Shown here one piece after another: positions 27,360 to 40,524 of a stretch of DNA of 64,000 nucleotides. Under the pieces are notes generated by a model that was given only the letters and a program-made list of their open reading frames with translations, searched no databases and had not been told where the DNA came from. The position numbers and the translations under genes are program-made. The stretch comes from the human T2T-CHM13v2.0 reference genome, Homo sapiens. Where the stretch lies: NCBI RefSeq assembly GCF_009914755.1, contig NC_060934.1, one strand, 5' to 3'. The stretch's first letter is position 1; every line of letters starts with the position of its first letter.

Positions 27360-29879
27360 AGGGAGGAAGGGAGAGGGAGAGAGAGATGGTAAAGAAGGAG
27401 AAGACTTTAGCTTGGGACAGCTGGTTTCCTCCAGTCTGACCAGGCCAACATGTGAACCTGGTCAGGAAAGCTTGCAAGGCTGTGGGGATGCTGTCTGGGG
27501 ACTGCCCCTGAGGAGCCACCCACTGGTGCACTGTGATAGGAGAAGCCTTGGCGGGAAAAGTGACCGAGACATTTGAGAACAGGCTGAGCCTGATGGGGGC
27601 CGAGCTGGGAACTGGAGGTGAGATCCCCTGTGACTTAAGAAATAGGATATGCGGATGTGGCTGGAGGAGGAAAGTGGAGAGGTCTTGGCTGCACCCCATG
27701 ACGCCTCCTCCAGCCCAGCCCAGCCTGGGCTTCCCTTCACTCCCAGGCTTGCTTTTCTTCCTTCCTTCCACATCTACCTGCCAGGTAGGCTCTGCTCCAG
27801 CCAGGGCTGCCAGGGAGCCAGGGGCTGGGAACCCCGGGTGTGGTCTTTGAGGAAGGGGGTTTCATTGAGGTGAGCTGGTCACTCTGCTAAGGGCTCAGAA
27901 AGGCATCACGCTGGGCTACAAAGTGCACCCAGCTGCAGATGAGCAAAGTCAGGGAAAGGGATGCTTGGCTCTTAAATCCCATTTGGCTTCTGATGGAAGG
28001 GGTGCGTGCAAGTTGCCAGCATGATGGAAGGGAAATCATGAACCAGATGACCCGGTGGATCCATTTGTCAACGGACCACTTGTCAGCCTTGGGAAGTCCA
28101 GACTTCCTCTGGGGATGTACCCTTGCCACCTGTGTACCCCAGAAAGGGCTTCCTATGGCTTGTGGGACAAGAGGTGCAAACAGAGAGGCCATTACTACCA
28201 ACAGCAATGCCCAGCCCTGCGCATAGGTGTGCGGATTGCAAGCAGGGTCCTTACTCAGTGAGGTGAAGACCTAGGCTGGAGCTCAGGTCTACCGGCCCAT
28301 CACTGGCATGTGGCTGATGCTCCAGTGCCTGCCACACCCCGATGCCTCCCTACCGGCCCCTCCTGCCCTGTCCCCCCGTCCCCTCTGTTCTCTGGGGTCC
28401 AGGGGCCCCCACTGCCTGTGGAGGTGAACAAAACCCACCCCATGGAGAAAGTTTAGGACCTGACCCAGCGTGGGTCTGGCTTTCCTGAGGGCAAGGAACA
28501 GCTTTGTCCCAGTACTGGCCACCTGGCGCCTCCAAATGGCTTTTTCTTGCAGGGCAGGCAGGCTCTGGGCAGGCACCTCGCCAGGCATTGCGCCCTCTGC
28601 CTGCAGGTCGGCGGGGCCTGCTCTTCCCGGCTCCTGAAATGCATTTCCTTCCCGACTCCGAGGTCCTGCTTCCAGAACCTTTGGCAACAGAAAAGGAAAC
28701 CCGCACAGGCGTCAAATGTCTTCGGACTGAAACTAGCAGGTAACGAACCATACAGCCCCAACTCTGCTGCCCCGCCCACAGTGCCCCGCAGACAGTGGCA
28801 GCAACGCCCCGCCCCGCAGCACTGCAGCTGCACCCCCAGGACGCCCCCCGCGAGCGCCACGCCCCAAAACCGCGAGGCGCCCCTGGGAGCTGCCTCCAGA
28901 CCTTCGTTCCGGGAACGTTTCTGTTCTCTGGCATTTTCGTTTGAAGCAGAGATGTCAAAAAATAAATGCAGCCAAGGTGTCAATAGGCTGCCATGGTATG
29001 TCCAGCCACACCCCACACAACTGGACCTGAAGTCACGACTCAGAAAGTCACAGCCACGTCCCGCCACGCGGGCGGGAAAACGTGGAGGCAAATGCGATTG
29101 CCTCGACTCGAGGCTCAGCTAAGGAGCAGTCAGGTCCGTGTCACCTGTGGCTTCCACTCCCAGGAAGTCTGATGGCTCCGGTCGTGGCTGTTGTGGGGAA
29201 TCCGTCGTGTGGAGAACGTGCCTGCCACGTGCGGGGGAGAAAGGAGTCACCTTCTGAGTACGCGACCTCACCTGCCGGGCGTGAGGTGCTGGACTGGGAC
29301 CAGGGTGGGGCTCTGGGCATGGGAGGTGGGGCTGGGCGTGGGGCACGTGGCACAGAGGGATGCGCGTGGTAGGGCTCAGGGCAGACGGAACGTGGAACAG
29401 GGAGTGGCTCAGGGCATGGGGATGGGGCGGGGCGTGGGACGGGGCGTGGCGTGGGGCACAGGAAGGGGCAGGGCACGAGGAGTGGGGCGAGAGGTGCTAA
29501 GTGGGGCCTGAGTGGGGCGCGGGGCGTGGCGCGGAGTGGGGTGGAGCGGGTGGGGCGAGGCTCGGCGTGGGACACGAGGGACGGGACGCGGGGGCACGGC
29601 AATGGGTGGCGCAGGGCGCACTCTCGGTCTCCCTGCAGGTGGGCAGCCCCACCTGTGCACGCCGCTCCCCCGCCCAGCGCCTCCCCCGGGACCTGCTCCA
29701 GAAGCGCCAGTTGCGGGACCCCACACGGAAGGCAGTCTTCGGTGGTTCTCACTGCAATTCCTCTTAATTATGTGTGACATAAAAAGACCACCTACAGACG
29801 AGACAATGCTGCCGTAAGAGTCTCGGGGTTACTGCAGGGAATTCTTCATAACCGAAGTGTGTTTTCCCCGAGGAGTTAT
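26467..29879. repeat. Dispersed ~100-bp direct duplication (26467-26568 and 29775-29879)
   Basis: Shared acaga.gagacaatgctgccgtaag..tctc..ggttac.gcagggaat.cttcataacc.aagtgtgttttccc..ggagttat; ~85% identity by eye. Confidence 0.92.
27322..27387. repeat. GA-rich microsatellite
   Basis: Seen directly. Confidence 0.9.
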
Positions 29880-30180
29880 GCTACCATTTGATTTAATTTT
29901 TAATTTTTACATTTTAATCAAAAATAGATCAAATGGTGGTGGTCTCTCCGGGGAAACACACTTCAGATAGGAAGCCGGCCATGCTCCTTTAAATATGGAA
30001 ACTGCCGTCTCTGCGCTGCGGGCTGGGCGTGTCCTTTCTGGGAGGGGCCTTGGGCCATGCACCTGAGGCCACCAGCTCGCCCACGCCGCCCGCTCACCTG
30101 CACGCGGAGGTTCATTTAATCCGTGCGTCTATGCAGCGCCTAGGCCTAACTCTCCCAGGAGGCGCCAGTCACGTTCCCCA
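28520..30180. promoter_or_regulatory. CpG island, probable promoter with a GC-box (SP/KLF) cluster
   Basis: High GC and CpG density; repeated GGGGCGTGG/GGGGCGGG at 29330-29570; strong minus-strand donor CAG|gtgagg at 29272. Confidence 0.8.
29844..29974. other. ~130-bp fold-back inverted repeat (hairpin/cruciform)
   Basis: gaagtgtgttttccccgaggag..ctaccatttgatt pairs with gatcaaatggtgg..ctctccggggaaacacacttc. Confidence 0.85.
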
Positions 30181-32039
30181 GGGGGAGCTCCCTGACCTTT
30201 CTGGGGGTGACAGAGTGGGGAAGTGGGCAGTGTGAGCCCACCCCTGAGGCGTGTGTGTGTAAGCGTGCACACTTGCTTTTTAACGTTCTGTATTCTAGTC
30301 AACAGACAGTACGGTTGTTCAGTTGCAAGGAAAGGCGTTCACACTATAATCCAGGTGTTTCACTGGAAGAGATGTGTCTCGCATCCACAGTGGTCAGCTG
30401 GCTTGTCACATCACGGCACTGAGGTTGGTCTAGGCTCCTGCCAATATCCAGATGGGCTCCAAAAGCAGCCACCCAATCCCCTGTGTGAGCCTGGCGGATG
30501 CACTGGGTGCATTCTGCAGCTGCTCTGGACCTGGTGTTATCATACAGGGGAGCCTGGTGTGGACCCCATGGGGTTGCCGTGGGGATGAAGTTTCCATGGA
30601 GTAAAGTGCTACAGTACTGGCTGCAGGTAGGAAGTGAAGCTATTTTGTTCCTGTTGTTATTGCAAGGGAAATAAAGGCAGTCTGCTCCCTCGCTCTCTCT
30701 CAGCCCCAGCATCAGCACAGGGCTTGGGGCGGGAGGGTCTGTGTAAGGCACTGAGGGGGGCTGCGTACTTGGTAGGGAAGCCTCCAGAGCCCACCTTCCC
30801 TGAGGCTGCCTTAATGCCCTGATGATGCCCACAGCTCTCAACCTGCAGCCGCTTTCTCAAATTCCTGGATTCCTGCACTAAGTAACTTACTAAGGCCCCC
30901 CGCACTCCAGGCTTCCTGCGTCCAGAGCTGGTCAGACCCGGACGAAGCCAGCTGAGCTGAATGATGAGGGGTCCACCTTCTCTTTCACTCCTGTCCCTAA
31001 ACCCATGGACAGGTGACACCCAGGCCACGTGACCCTAGCTCCCTGAGACATACTTTCACATCCTTCTATTTTAACATGGTGGCCTTGGCCTCTAGTGCCC
31101 ATAAGAGATGCCCAAACCCAGGTTTCTCCTCCTCCCATCAATGTCATTTCCATAAAGACCCACTGGAAACATTTTTTTTTTTTCGGATTTATCACCAGGA
31201 AAGTAATGTGGCTTCCCCTAAAGCACAGATGTGCTTCCTTTCTGGAGGCCAGCTGTTTTTGCCTTTGAAGCCCAGATAAAAATCGAGTGCTCCAGTCTGG
31301 CAGCCTGACTTTTGGTCCAAGTGTCTCCCCCTCAATACTATTTGCAATTTGTCTCCTGCCTCTGCCTCTGTGGCTCATCACAGGACTTCATCCCAGTCAT
31401 GGGGCATCACAGGCCCCCTATCATCTTGGTGCCCTGGAGCCCAGTAAGCAGACAGATGGAAGCTATCAGGGAGGAGGAGGCAGGAAGGGGAGGACAGCAG
31501 GCTTGCCAGCCCTCTGTGGATATATGACGGCTGTCTGGGGGTCAGCTGTCCAGCTCACCCCTACAGCTGCAGGACAGCAGGCCCAGGGGAAAGATGACCT
31601 GGCTGTGGTCCCTCCCTGGACCCACCTGCCTTGACAGAGGGTAAGAGCCCCAGTCTGTGGGTGCCCCTCCTACTGGCCAGGTTGGCTGAGAGTAGGTTCC
31701 CTCTCTCCTGGGGCGCCCAATCTCTGCCATCCCCCTCCTTAGCCCCATCATTACCTAGCCTGTGACTGGCTGGATACACACTCGCCTAAGTCCCCAGTAC
31801 CCTCTGCTGGGACACCAGGGTCCCTGCAAGTCCCCAACTCACGTCACAGGGCAAGTGGATTCAGCTGTTCCAGATCCATGGGAGCCCAAAGAATTGAGAC
31901 GTGCAGGGACCTCGGTCACTTTTAGGCTCCAAGGGCCACCTACTAGCCCCACGGCTACAAAAGCTCCAGATACTCTGGTGCACCAAGTCTTCCTGTAGAC
32001 CACGCAATGCAGAGGAAGCCATGAGCTTGAGAGACATCT

Positions 32040-32331
32040 TCTTTTTAAGAGTCAGAATCTCCTCTGTCTCCCAGGCTGGAGTGGAGTGGTATAACCATGG
32101 CTCACTGTCATCTTGAACTCCTGGGCTCAAACAATCCTCCCGCCTCAGTCCCCCAAGCAGCTAGGAGTACAGACATGCGCCACCATACCCAGTTAGTTTT
32201 ATTTATTTATTCTTAGACATAGGGTCTCGCTATATTGCCCAGGCTGGTTTCCAACTCCTGGTCTCAGAGGATCCTCCTACCTCGGCCTCCCCAGTCACTG
32301 GGGTTACAGATGTGAGCCACCGTGCCCAGCT
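32040..32331 (-). mobile_element. AluJ
   Basis: Diverged Alu with J-type ctcctgggctcaa motif. Confidence 0.9.
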
Positions 32332-33433
32332 CCATTTTCTTAATATAACCAAATGCAGACGCTCTGAAATGTGCAAGGCCGCAGCTGGCCCCTAGGACTC
32401 CGGGGCTCCTTCTCTCAGCACTATCCCAGGTTTACCCCTGAGAGACAAGCCCCAGCTTGTGCTCCTTGCCAGCCCACTGCCCGGGCTTCCTTTGCAATGT
32501 CAGGTGCAGCACCTGGGCTCATGCGTTTGCACCTCCTATGTTGGATCTCCATCCACAGGGAAATCATCCAGTGGCGATCATGGAGACAGCAGGCATCTTT
32601 GAGCAATGGGGGCTCGGGCAAGCTCCCCCTCTGCCACTGGAGGGAACACCGTGCAGGGGCCCCTCGCCACCCTGGTGTGTTGTGACTCTGTGGCTCATTT
32701 ATTCAGAGCCGGAGCTCCAAACGACTGATTCCAAGTGGAAAACATGCCCCGGGTGCCATCCAGGGTGGGACAAGCATGGTGTGCGGCAGACCGGGCAGCC
32801 CCTGGGCCAGCCAGATCGCCTCCACCTGGAGGGGCCCTTGTTGAACCAGCCCCGGGAAGATGCTTGAGTACCCTTTGGTCCTGGGCAGGGGCTTGGGGAC
32901 CGGAGCCCCCACTCAGACCGGTGGGTGCTCAAAGGTGGGTCCTGATAAGGGAACCTACAGGGGTTTTGGGTTCACGCTGTGGCCAACTCACGCTGACTTC
33001 GCAGTCACTTTGTTGTCGCTGCTACCAGTGACAGTTCTTTTGCAGACAACATGTAGAAAGAGGCGCTTTGAGTCCTGAGGGAGACCATTCCACCGGCAGG
33101 ACTGAGTCTGGGTTTTTAGAATTGGAAGACCTCACCAAAATAACAATTAGGGAGATTTAAAAGTCAAAGGAAATGACTTAAATATTAAATGAAAAATTCA
33201 AGATGTTAATTTGAATTTCTATCCTTGTAGATGGTATTGCTACAGAATCAAAGGAGAGAAAGAGGAAAATACACCGATGGCTGTAAAACCATCGGTGATG
33301 AAATTGAGTGGTTTAAAATCTCATCTCCAAGTGTTCTGTGTTTTCAGGGCCTCGACAGTGTGCATGGATAGCTTTTATACCCAGGAGAAAATCATCAGCC
33401 ATAATGGAAAAACGGGAGGCGGGGCAGGATTCA

Positions 33434-33874
<441 letters not shown>

Positions 33875-34548
33875 TCAGAATCATCTTAGTCACAAAATAA
33901 AGGCAAAATGGAAAATAACGGGTAGTAAGGCCTTAAAACAATGTGTTTTTTTAAAGAAACTTGAACATCTATACATGCCGTTTCTACCTCCATTACCATA
34001 GGGAGCATCTGAGTTCATTTCACATAAACAAAGAAGCATGCATTCTCTCTCAGATGCTATTTAAGAAATTATTCTAAGAGATTGTTTTGAATATAAAGAG
34101 CATGTGGCAACCGAATCAGCTCTTAACACGGGATGTAAACCCTGGCGCCTCTCCGTCTGGGGTCAGTTCCTGCTGGAGCACTGACCTCAGCCATAGGCAG
34201 GTGTGTGGCCTTGGCCAGTGCCCCGACTTCCTTGTCTCCAACATGGATGATGGTCCCATCTCAGGCTGTGGAGGGACCACTGAGCTGTTACGTGCAAAAC
34301 ACGCCGGCCCGTGCGTGGACAGGTGCAGCGCTGGCTGTGATTACAGTCCTTAGATTCCACTGCTAAGCCAACTTGCCATTTATTCAAGGTTCATGTTTGA
34401 AACACACAAAAAATGGAAAACTACAATACATAGCGAACATCCATGTTCTCACCAGAATTAACTGTTAACACTTGGTCATACTTGCTTTTGCTTTTGTGAT
34501 ACTTAGCAAACGGTGACCGTTGTGCTCACCTTCCTTCAGTGGCTGTTG

Positions 34549-35478
34549 AGTCTCATCTCCCTCTCCTACCCCCGCCTCATTAAGAGTCTCATCTCCCTCT
34601 CCTACCCCCGCCTCATTAAGAGTCTCATCTCCCTCTCCTACCCCTGCCTCATTAAGAGTCTCATCTCCCTCTCCCGCCCCCACCTAGTTAAGAGTCTCAT
34701 CTCCCTCTCCCGCCCCCACCTGGTTAAGAGTCTCATCTCCCTCTCCCGCCCCCACCTAGTTAAGAGTCTCATCTCCCTCTCCTACCCCCGCCTCATTAAG
34801 AGTCTCATCTCCCTCTCCTACCCCCGCCTCATTAAGAGTCTCATCTCCCTCTCCTACCCCTGCCTCATTAAGAGTCTCATCTCCCTCTCCCGCCCCCACC
34901 TAGTTAAGAGTCTCATCTCCCTCTCCCGCCCCCACCTAGTTAAGAGTCTCATCTCCCTCTCCCGCCCCCACCTAGTTAAGAGTCTCATCTCCCTCTCCTA
35001 CCCCCGCCTCATTAAGAGTCTCATCTCCCTCTCCTACCCCCGCCTCATTAAGAGTCTCATCTCCCTCTCCTACCCCTGCCTCATTAAGAGTCTCATCTCC
35101 CTCTCCCGCCCCCACCTAGTTAAGAGTCTCATCTCCCTCTCCCGCCCCCACCTAGTTAAGAGTCTCATCTCCCTCTCTCGCCCCCACCTAGTTAAGAGTC
35201 TCATCTCCCTCTCCCGCCCCCACCTAGTTAAGAGTCTCATCTCCCTCTCCCGCCCCCACCTAGTTAAGAGTCTCATCTCCCTCTCCTACCCCCGCCTCAT
35301 TAAGAGTCTCATCTCCCTCTCCTACCCCTGCCTCATTAAGAGTCTCATCTCCCTCTCCCGCCCCCACCTAGTTAAGAGTCTCATCTCCCTCTCCCGCCCC
35401 CACCTAGTTAAGAGTCTCATCTCCCTCTCTCGCCCCCACCTAGTTAAGAGTCTCATCTCCCTCTCCCGCCCCCACCTC
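34549..35478. repeat. VNTR with a 36-bp unit, 26 copies, higher-order structure
   Basis: Unit agtctcatctccctctcc(tacccccgcctcat/tacccctgcctcat/cgcccccacctagt)taag; copies counted from the 12-aa periodic ORF. Confidence 0.98.
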
Positions 35479-36382
35479 AGGAGGCCACCACCATACATCC
35501 TTCCGGCCTGTATAAAATAGCTTCTCTACTTTTGCCCTGGGTTAGGAACCTGGACGGGAGCCCGATGGGGGTCACATGCTGCTCTATGGAGCTCCTTGAG
35601 GCAAAGAAGTGGGGGTCCATGTACCCCACACAGGACAGCGGTCACCCCTGGGCCACCCAATCATGGAGGGTGACTCCAGGTACCTCCAGGTGAGGCAGCT
35701 TGAACCACCAGGGCGATCTCTGGAGAAGGTAGCCATGGGAGCCGGGAGCACCAAGCACAGTCCCCCACACCCAGAAGCATCCCCGGCATAGTTACTGCCC
35801 CCAGATGACACAGCCAGGACACGTGAGGTGCAAGCTGGGTCTCACGCCCAGACCAGCTTTGAGGAGGCTGCCCCAGCCTGCGTCAGCCCCATAGGACACT
35901 TGAGGTTACACAGCTGAATCTTTGGACCCCCTCACCTTGTCATCATAGACTTTCACTGTACCTATCTAATCACAAACGTAAGCTGCCTATTTTAATATCA
36001 GGAGCTATTTTAATAAAAGTACAGGATTAAAGGAAGAGCTTAGACCAGGACACCAGTGAATAAGACTATCAGTCAACTAATCAGCGTTGCTCTTTCATGG
36101 TCCTCTCAGTACCCTTGAAGATAAAGAAAATTATTAGTAGAGCATTTGAAAATTCTTGCATTCACTCTGAAGAGAAAAACAATGCATGTTCTAAGAATGT
36201 TTTCCAAACAGCTAACTCTAGTCGAGTAGTGGTGGAGGTCATTCGTACAGTAAACCTTTGCAGCCAAACAGGAATACCAAGTGGGCAGAGTCTTGCACAT
36301 TTCTATGAATTGTGTATACAGAGGAACTATGGGCAGGCAGTGGCAAAATGTTGAGTTTTGTTACGCTAGAAGTTTCTAAGTG

Positions 36383-36701
36383 TTTTTTGTTTGTTTGTTT
36401 GTTTGTTTGGAGATGGAGTCTTGCTCTGTGGCCCAGGCTGGAGTGCAGTGGCATGATCTCGGCTCACTGCAACCTCCGACTCCAGGGTTCAGGCGATTCT
36501 CCTACCTCAGCCTCCTGAGTAGCTGGGACTACAGGCCCCTGCCATCACACCCAGCTAATTTTTGTATTTTTAGTAGAAACGGGGTTTCACTATGTTGGCC
36601 AGGATGGTCTCGATCTCCTGATATATCACATGACCTCGTGATCCGCCTGCCTTGGTCTCCCAAAGTGCTGGGATTACAGGCGTGAGCCACCACGCCCGGC
36701 C
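36383..36701 (-). mobile_element. AluS with a (TTTG)n tail and a ~12-bp insertion
   Basis: Alu consensus match; extra bases tatatcacatga near 36622. Confidence 0.93.
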
Positions 36702-37339
36702 AAAGTTGCTAAGTTTTTATACTGATGGAGAGCTTGAAAGAATATAAAAAATACTTCAGGATGTTTTTTAAGCCGCTAAAACAAAACTGTTATTCATTAA
36801 GGTTTTTGGGACCACAGAGTCAGACCCCCTGGTTCTTGCCTCTACCTCTGTGATGGTGTTTTCCAGAACAAGGCCCCAGGCATGTGAGACCCCCACAGGA
36901 ATATTTCCACCGGTGTCAGGAGCTTGCTGTTGGGCGTGAGACTCAAGGGGGCGAATGGCTGGGACTCGGGGCAGTTTGCGGGTAGCACAGCAGCCAAGAG
37001 GGCTCCTCGAAAGCCAGGACTTTTGGACAAGGGATCCCGAGTACATCTGTCAATTACTATGGATGCCAGTGAAACCGCGTCTTAAGTGGAACCATCTGGA
37101 AAGACAAGGAAGCTTTGTCAGAGTCTCCTCCCACTCTGTTGCCAGGAGGCTGGCCCAGCACCAACTCAAGGAGAAACTGTGGGTCCCTGGGAGAGTGGGG
37201 GAAGGCCCCTTAGGGACCATGCCTGGATGGGGAGATTCTCACGTGGGAGAGTGAGTGTCTGAACCCAAATGGAAAGGACGAGAGCAAGTGTGAGCCATCC
37301 CTCCAAGTGCCACCGTGGGTCATGGGCCAGTATGCTGTT

Positions 37340-38808
37340 TTGAATTTTATTGTGGCAGGAACACTTGCCATCAGATCTGTCCTTTTAGCAGAGTTTTAAG
37401 TGTACAACATGGCATTGTTACCTACAGGCACAGTGTTGTTCGCAGATCTCGGGAACCCATGCATCTGCCATAAGTGAAATTTTATACTGGCTGACTTGCA
37501 ACTGCCCGTTTTCCCTCCCTCCAGCTCCTGGCAAGCATCATTCTATTCTGGGCTTCTGTGAGCTCAAAGTTTCCAGGTTCCACATAGAAGTGAATCACAC
37601 AGTATGTTTTTTCCTGTGTCTGGCTTGTTTCACTTAGCATGATGTCCTCCAGCTTTGTCCATGTTGTCACATAGGACAGGGTTTCCTCCTTTTTAAAGAC
37701 TGAGTAATATTCCATCATATGTATAAGTCACATTTTCCTCATCTGCTGTCTTTGAGTGGGCATGCAGGTTGTTTTCACATCCAGGCTATTGTGAATAGTG
37801 CTACAATGAACAAAGGAGTGCTAATAACTCTTTGAGATCTCATTAGAATTCTTTTGGATACATACGCAAAAGTGAGATTGCTGGATCATAGGGTAGTGCT
37901 ATTTTCAGTTTTCTGAGGAACTTCCACACTGTTTTCCATAGCGGCTGCACCATTTTGCATTCCTACCAACAGTGGGTATGGCTGCCAATTTCTTCACATT
38001 CTCACCAACACTTGTCTTTTGTTTTTTAAATGGGTGTGAGGTGGTATCTCATTGTGATTTTGATTTGCAATGCCCTGATGAGTAGTAACATTGCATATCT
38101 TTTCATCTATCTGTTAAAGGCATCACACTTTCTAATTTTGAAATATATTACAAAGCTACAGTAATAAAAATGGTATAGTACTGACATAAAGACAAATCTA
38201 TAGACCAATGGAATAGAGTCAAGAAATAAATCCAACCATATATGGTCAACTGCTCTTCAATAAGGGTGCCAAGAATATAAAATGGGGGAAATACAGTCTC
38301 CAACAAATGGTATTGAGAAAACTGGATATGCAAATACAAAAGAATGAAATTGAACGATTATCTTACACCATACAAAAAAAAATCAACTCAAAATGGATTA
38401 AAGACTTCAATGTAAGTCCTAAAACTATAAAACTCCTAGATTTCCCCAAGTGGGCTAATGCCTAGCAAACAAACAGAAAACAAAAAACTCCCAGAAAAAA
38501 AACAGAGAGAAGGTTTCATGACATTGGAATTGATTTCATGGATATTACCCCAAAAGCACAGGCAACAAAAGCAAAAATAGACAAGTGGGATTTCATCAAA
38601 TTGAAAAGCTTCTTTACAGCAAAGGAAGCAATCAAGAGTGAAAAGGCAACCTACAGAATGGGAGAAAATATTTGCAAACCACATATCTGATAAAAGGTCA
38701 ATTACCAAAATATATAAGGAATTCACACAACTCAAAAGCAAAAAAAGTAATAGCCCAATTTAAAAATGGGCTTTGGACATTTCTCCAAAGGAGACATAGG
38801 AATGGCCA
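37340..38808 (-). mobile_element. Old L1 (L1MA/MB-like) with a 5' inversion
   Basis: 37340-38114 is an antisense 3' end and 38115-38808 is a sense ORF2 piece; the two are contiguous in L1 consensus coordinates. Confidence 0.85.
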
Positions 38809-38994
38809 TGGGTCATTTTCGATCATCAACAACTTGCAGTGATTGCCCCAGGCATTTATGACTCCTGAGATATAATTTCTTCCACTGATTTAAACTCATT
38901 TTTAAAAAGTTTGTCAAGAATGTTTGAAAAAATTAAGAATTATGAATCATCACTGAATTGGCTTTCCTGAAATCTGAATAAATGGGCCTCACCT

Positions 38995-39332
<338 letters not shown>

Positions 39333-39919
39333 TTATCAGAAGAGTGATGAAATAGATCATTTTAACTGAAAAATGCATTGGTGGCTGATGGTTGTTAACT
39401 TTTTAAATAACTTTACTCTTTTTAATAATGGTCACTGAATAAATGAGTAAATGCAATTTAAAGTAAGTAAATTTAGATGTCAGAAAGGAAATCTTGTTTG
39501 TCCTGATTTAGGGCTGAAAACATCACCGTGTATTTAGTAAATGTGCAATTAACCCTTACCGACCCTAGCAAGCCACTGGTGGTCTTTGGGATCCTGCCCA
39601 GAGGGAAGCGCTGCCCCTCATGGCTCCAAGCTCCAGTGGCCGTACCAGAAGATCAGGGGTGGGGGTGCCGTCATGAGCAGGATGAGGGCAGCACCCCTGA
39701 GAGCCGCTGCATGCACAGGGCTCAACAGCAAGGGTCATGCTGAGTCAAGCGTTCAGTGAATACCCCAGGACCTTCATGTGGGTGACTGAGAACTCATACT
39801 TGGCTGGTCCATAGTCAGTGAGAAATGAGGAAAAGAAACAATGTCATTTTACAGAGAAAGGGAAGGGTTGAGCCATTGAGAGTTTTTTATTTCTTTCATT
39901 TTTTTAAATTAAATTAAAT

Positions 39920-40222
39920 CTATTTTATTTTATTTTATTTTGAAATGGAGTCTCGCTCTGTCGCCCAGGCTGGAGTGCAGTGGCGCTCTCTTGGCTCACT
40001 GCAAGCTCCGCCTCCTGGGTTCATGCCATTCTCCTGCCTCAGCCTCCTGAGTAGCTGGGATTACAGGCACCCACCACCGCACCTGGCTAATTTTTTGTAT
40101 TTTTAGTAGAGACGGGGTTTCACCATGTTAGCCAAGATGGTCTCGATCTCCTGACCTCGTGATCCGCCTGCCTCGGTCTCCCAAAGTGCTGGGATTACAG
40201 GCGTGAGCCACTGTGCCCGGCC
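39920..40222 (-). mobile_element. AluY
   Basis: gcaagctccgcctcctgggttcatgccattc. Confidence 0.95.
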
Positions 40223-40227
40223 AGTTG

Positions 40228-40524
40228 CTTTCATTTTTTATACAGAGTCTCACTGTGTCTCCCAGGCTGGAGTAGGTGGCTCGATCATGGCTCACTGCAG
40301 CCTTGATCTCCTGGGCTCAAGTGACTCTCCCACTTCAGTCTCACTACTCGCTGAAAGTACAGGCATATGCTACCAGCAGGCCCAGCTATTTTTTTTTTTT
40401 TTTTGTAAAGATGAGGTTTCACCGTGTTGCCCACGCTGGTCTTGAACTCCTGGGTTCATATGATCCTCCCGCCTCAGCCTCCCAAAGTGCTGGGATTACA
40501 GGTGTGAGCTACCACATCTGGCTG
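40228..40524 (-). mobile_element. AluJ
   Basis: gatcatggctcactgcagccttgatctcctgggctcaa. Confidence 0.9.

Noticed and set aside
28289-29817. Overlapping 100-200 aa ORFs in the CpG island
   Set aside because: They are explained by high GC content, are open in several frames on both strands, and show no recognisable protein.
34513-35520. 335-aa ORF with a 12-aa repeat, and a superficially CRISPR-like 36-bp periodicity
   Set aside because: This is a head-to-tail VNTR with no unique spacers and no cas genes in a eukaryotic context; the ORF has a GTG start and no domain.
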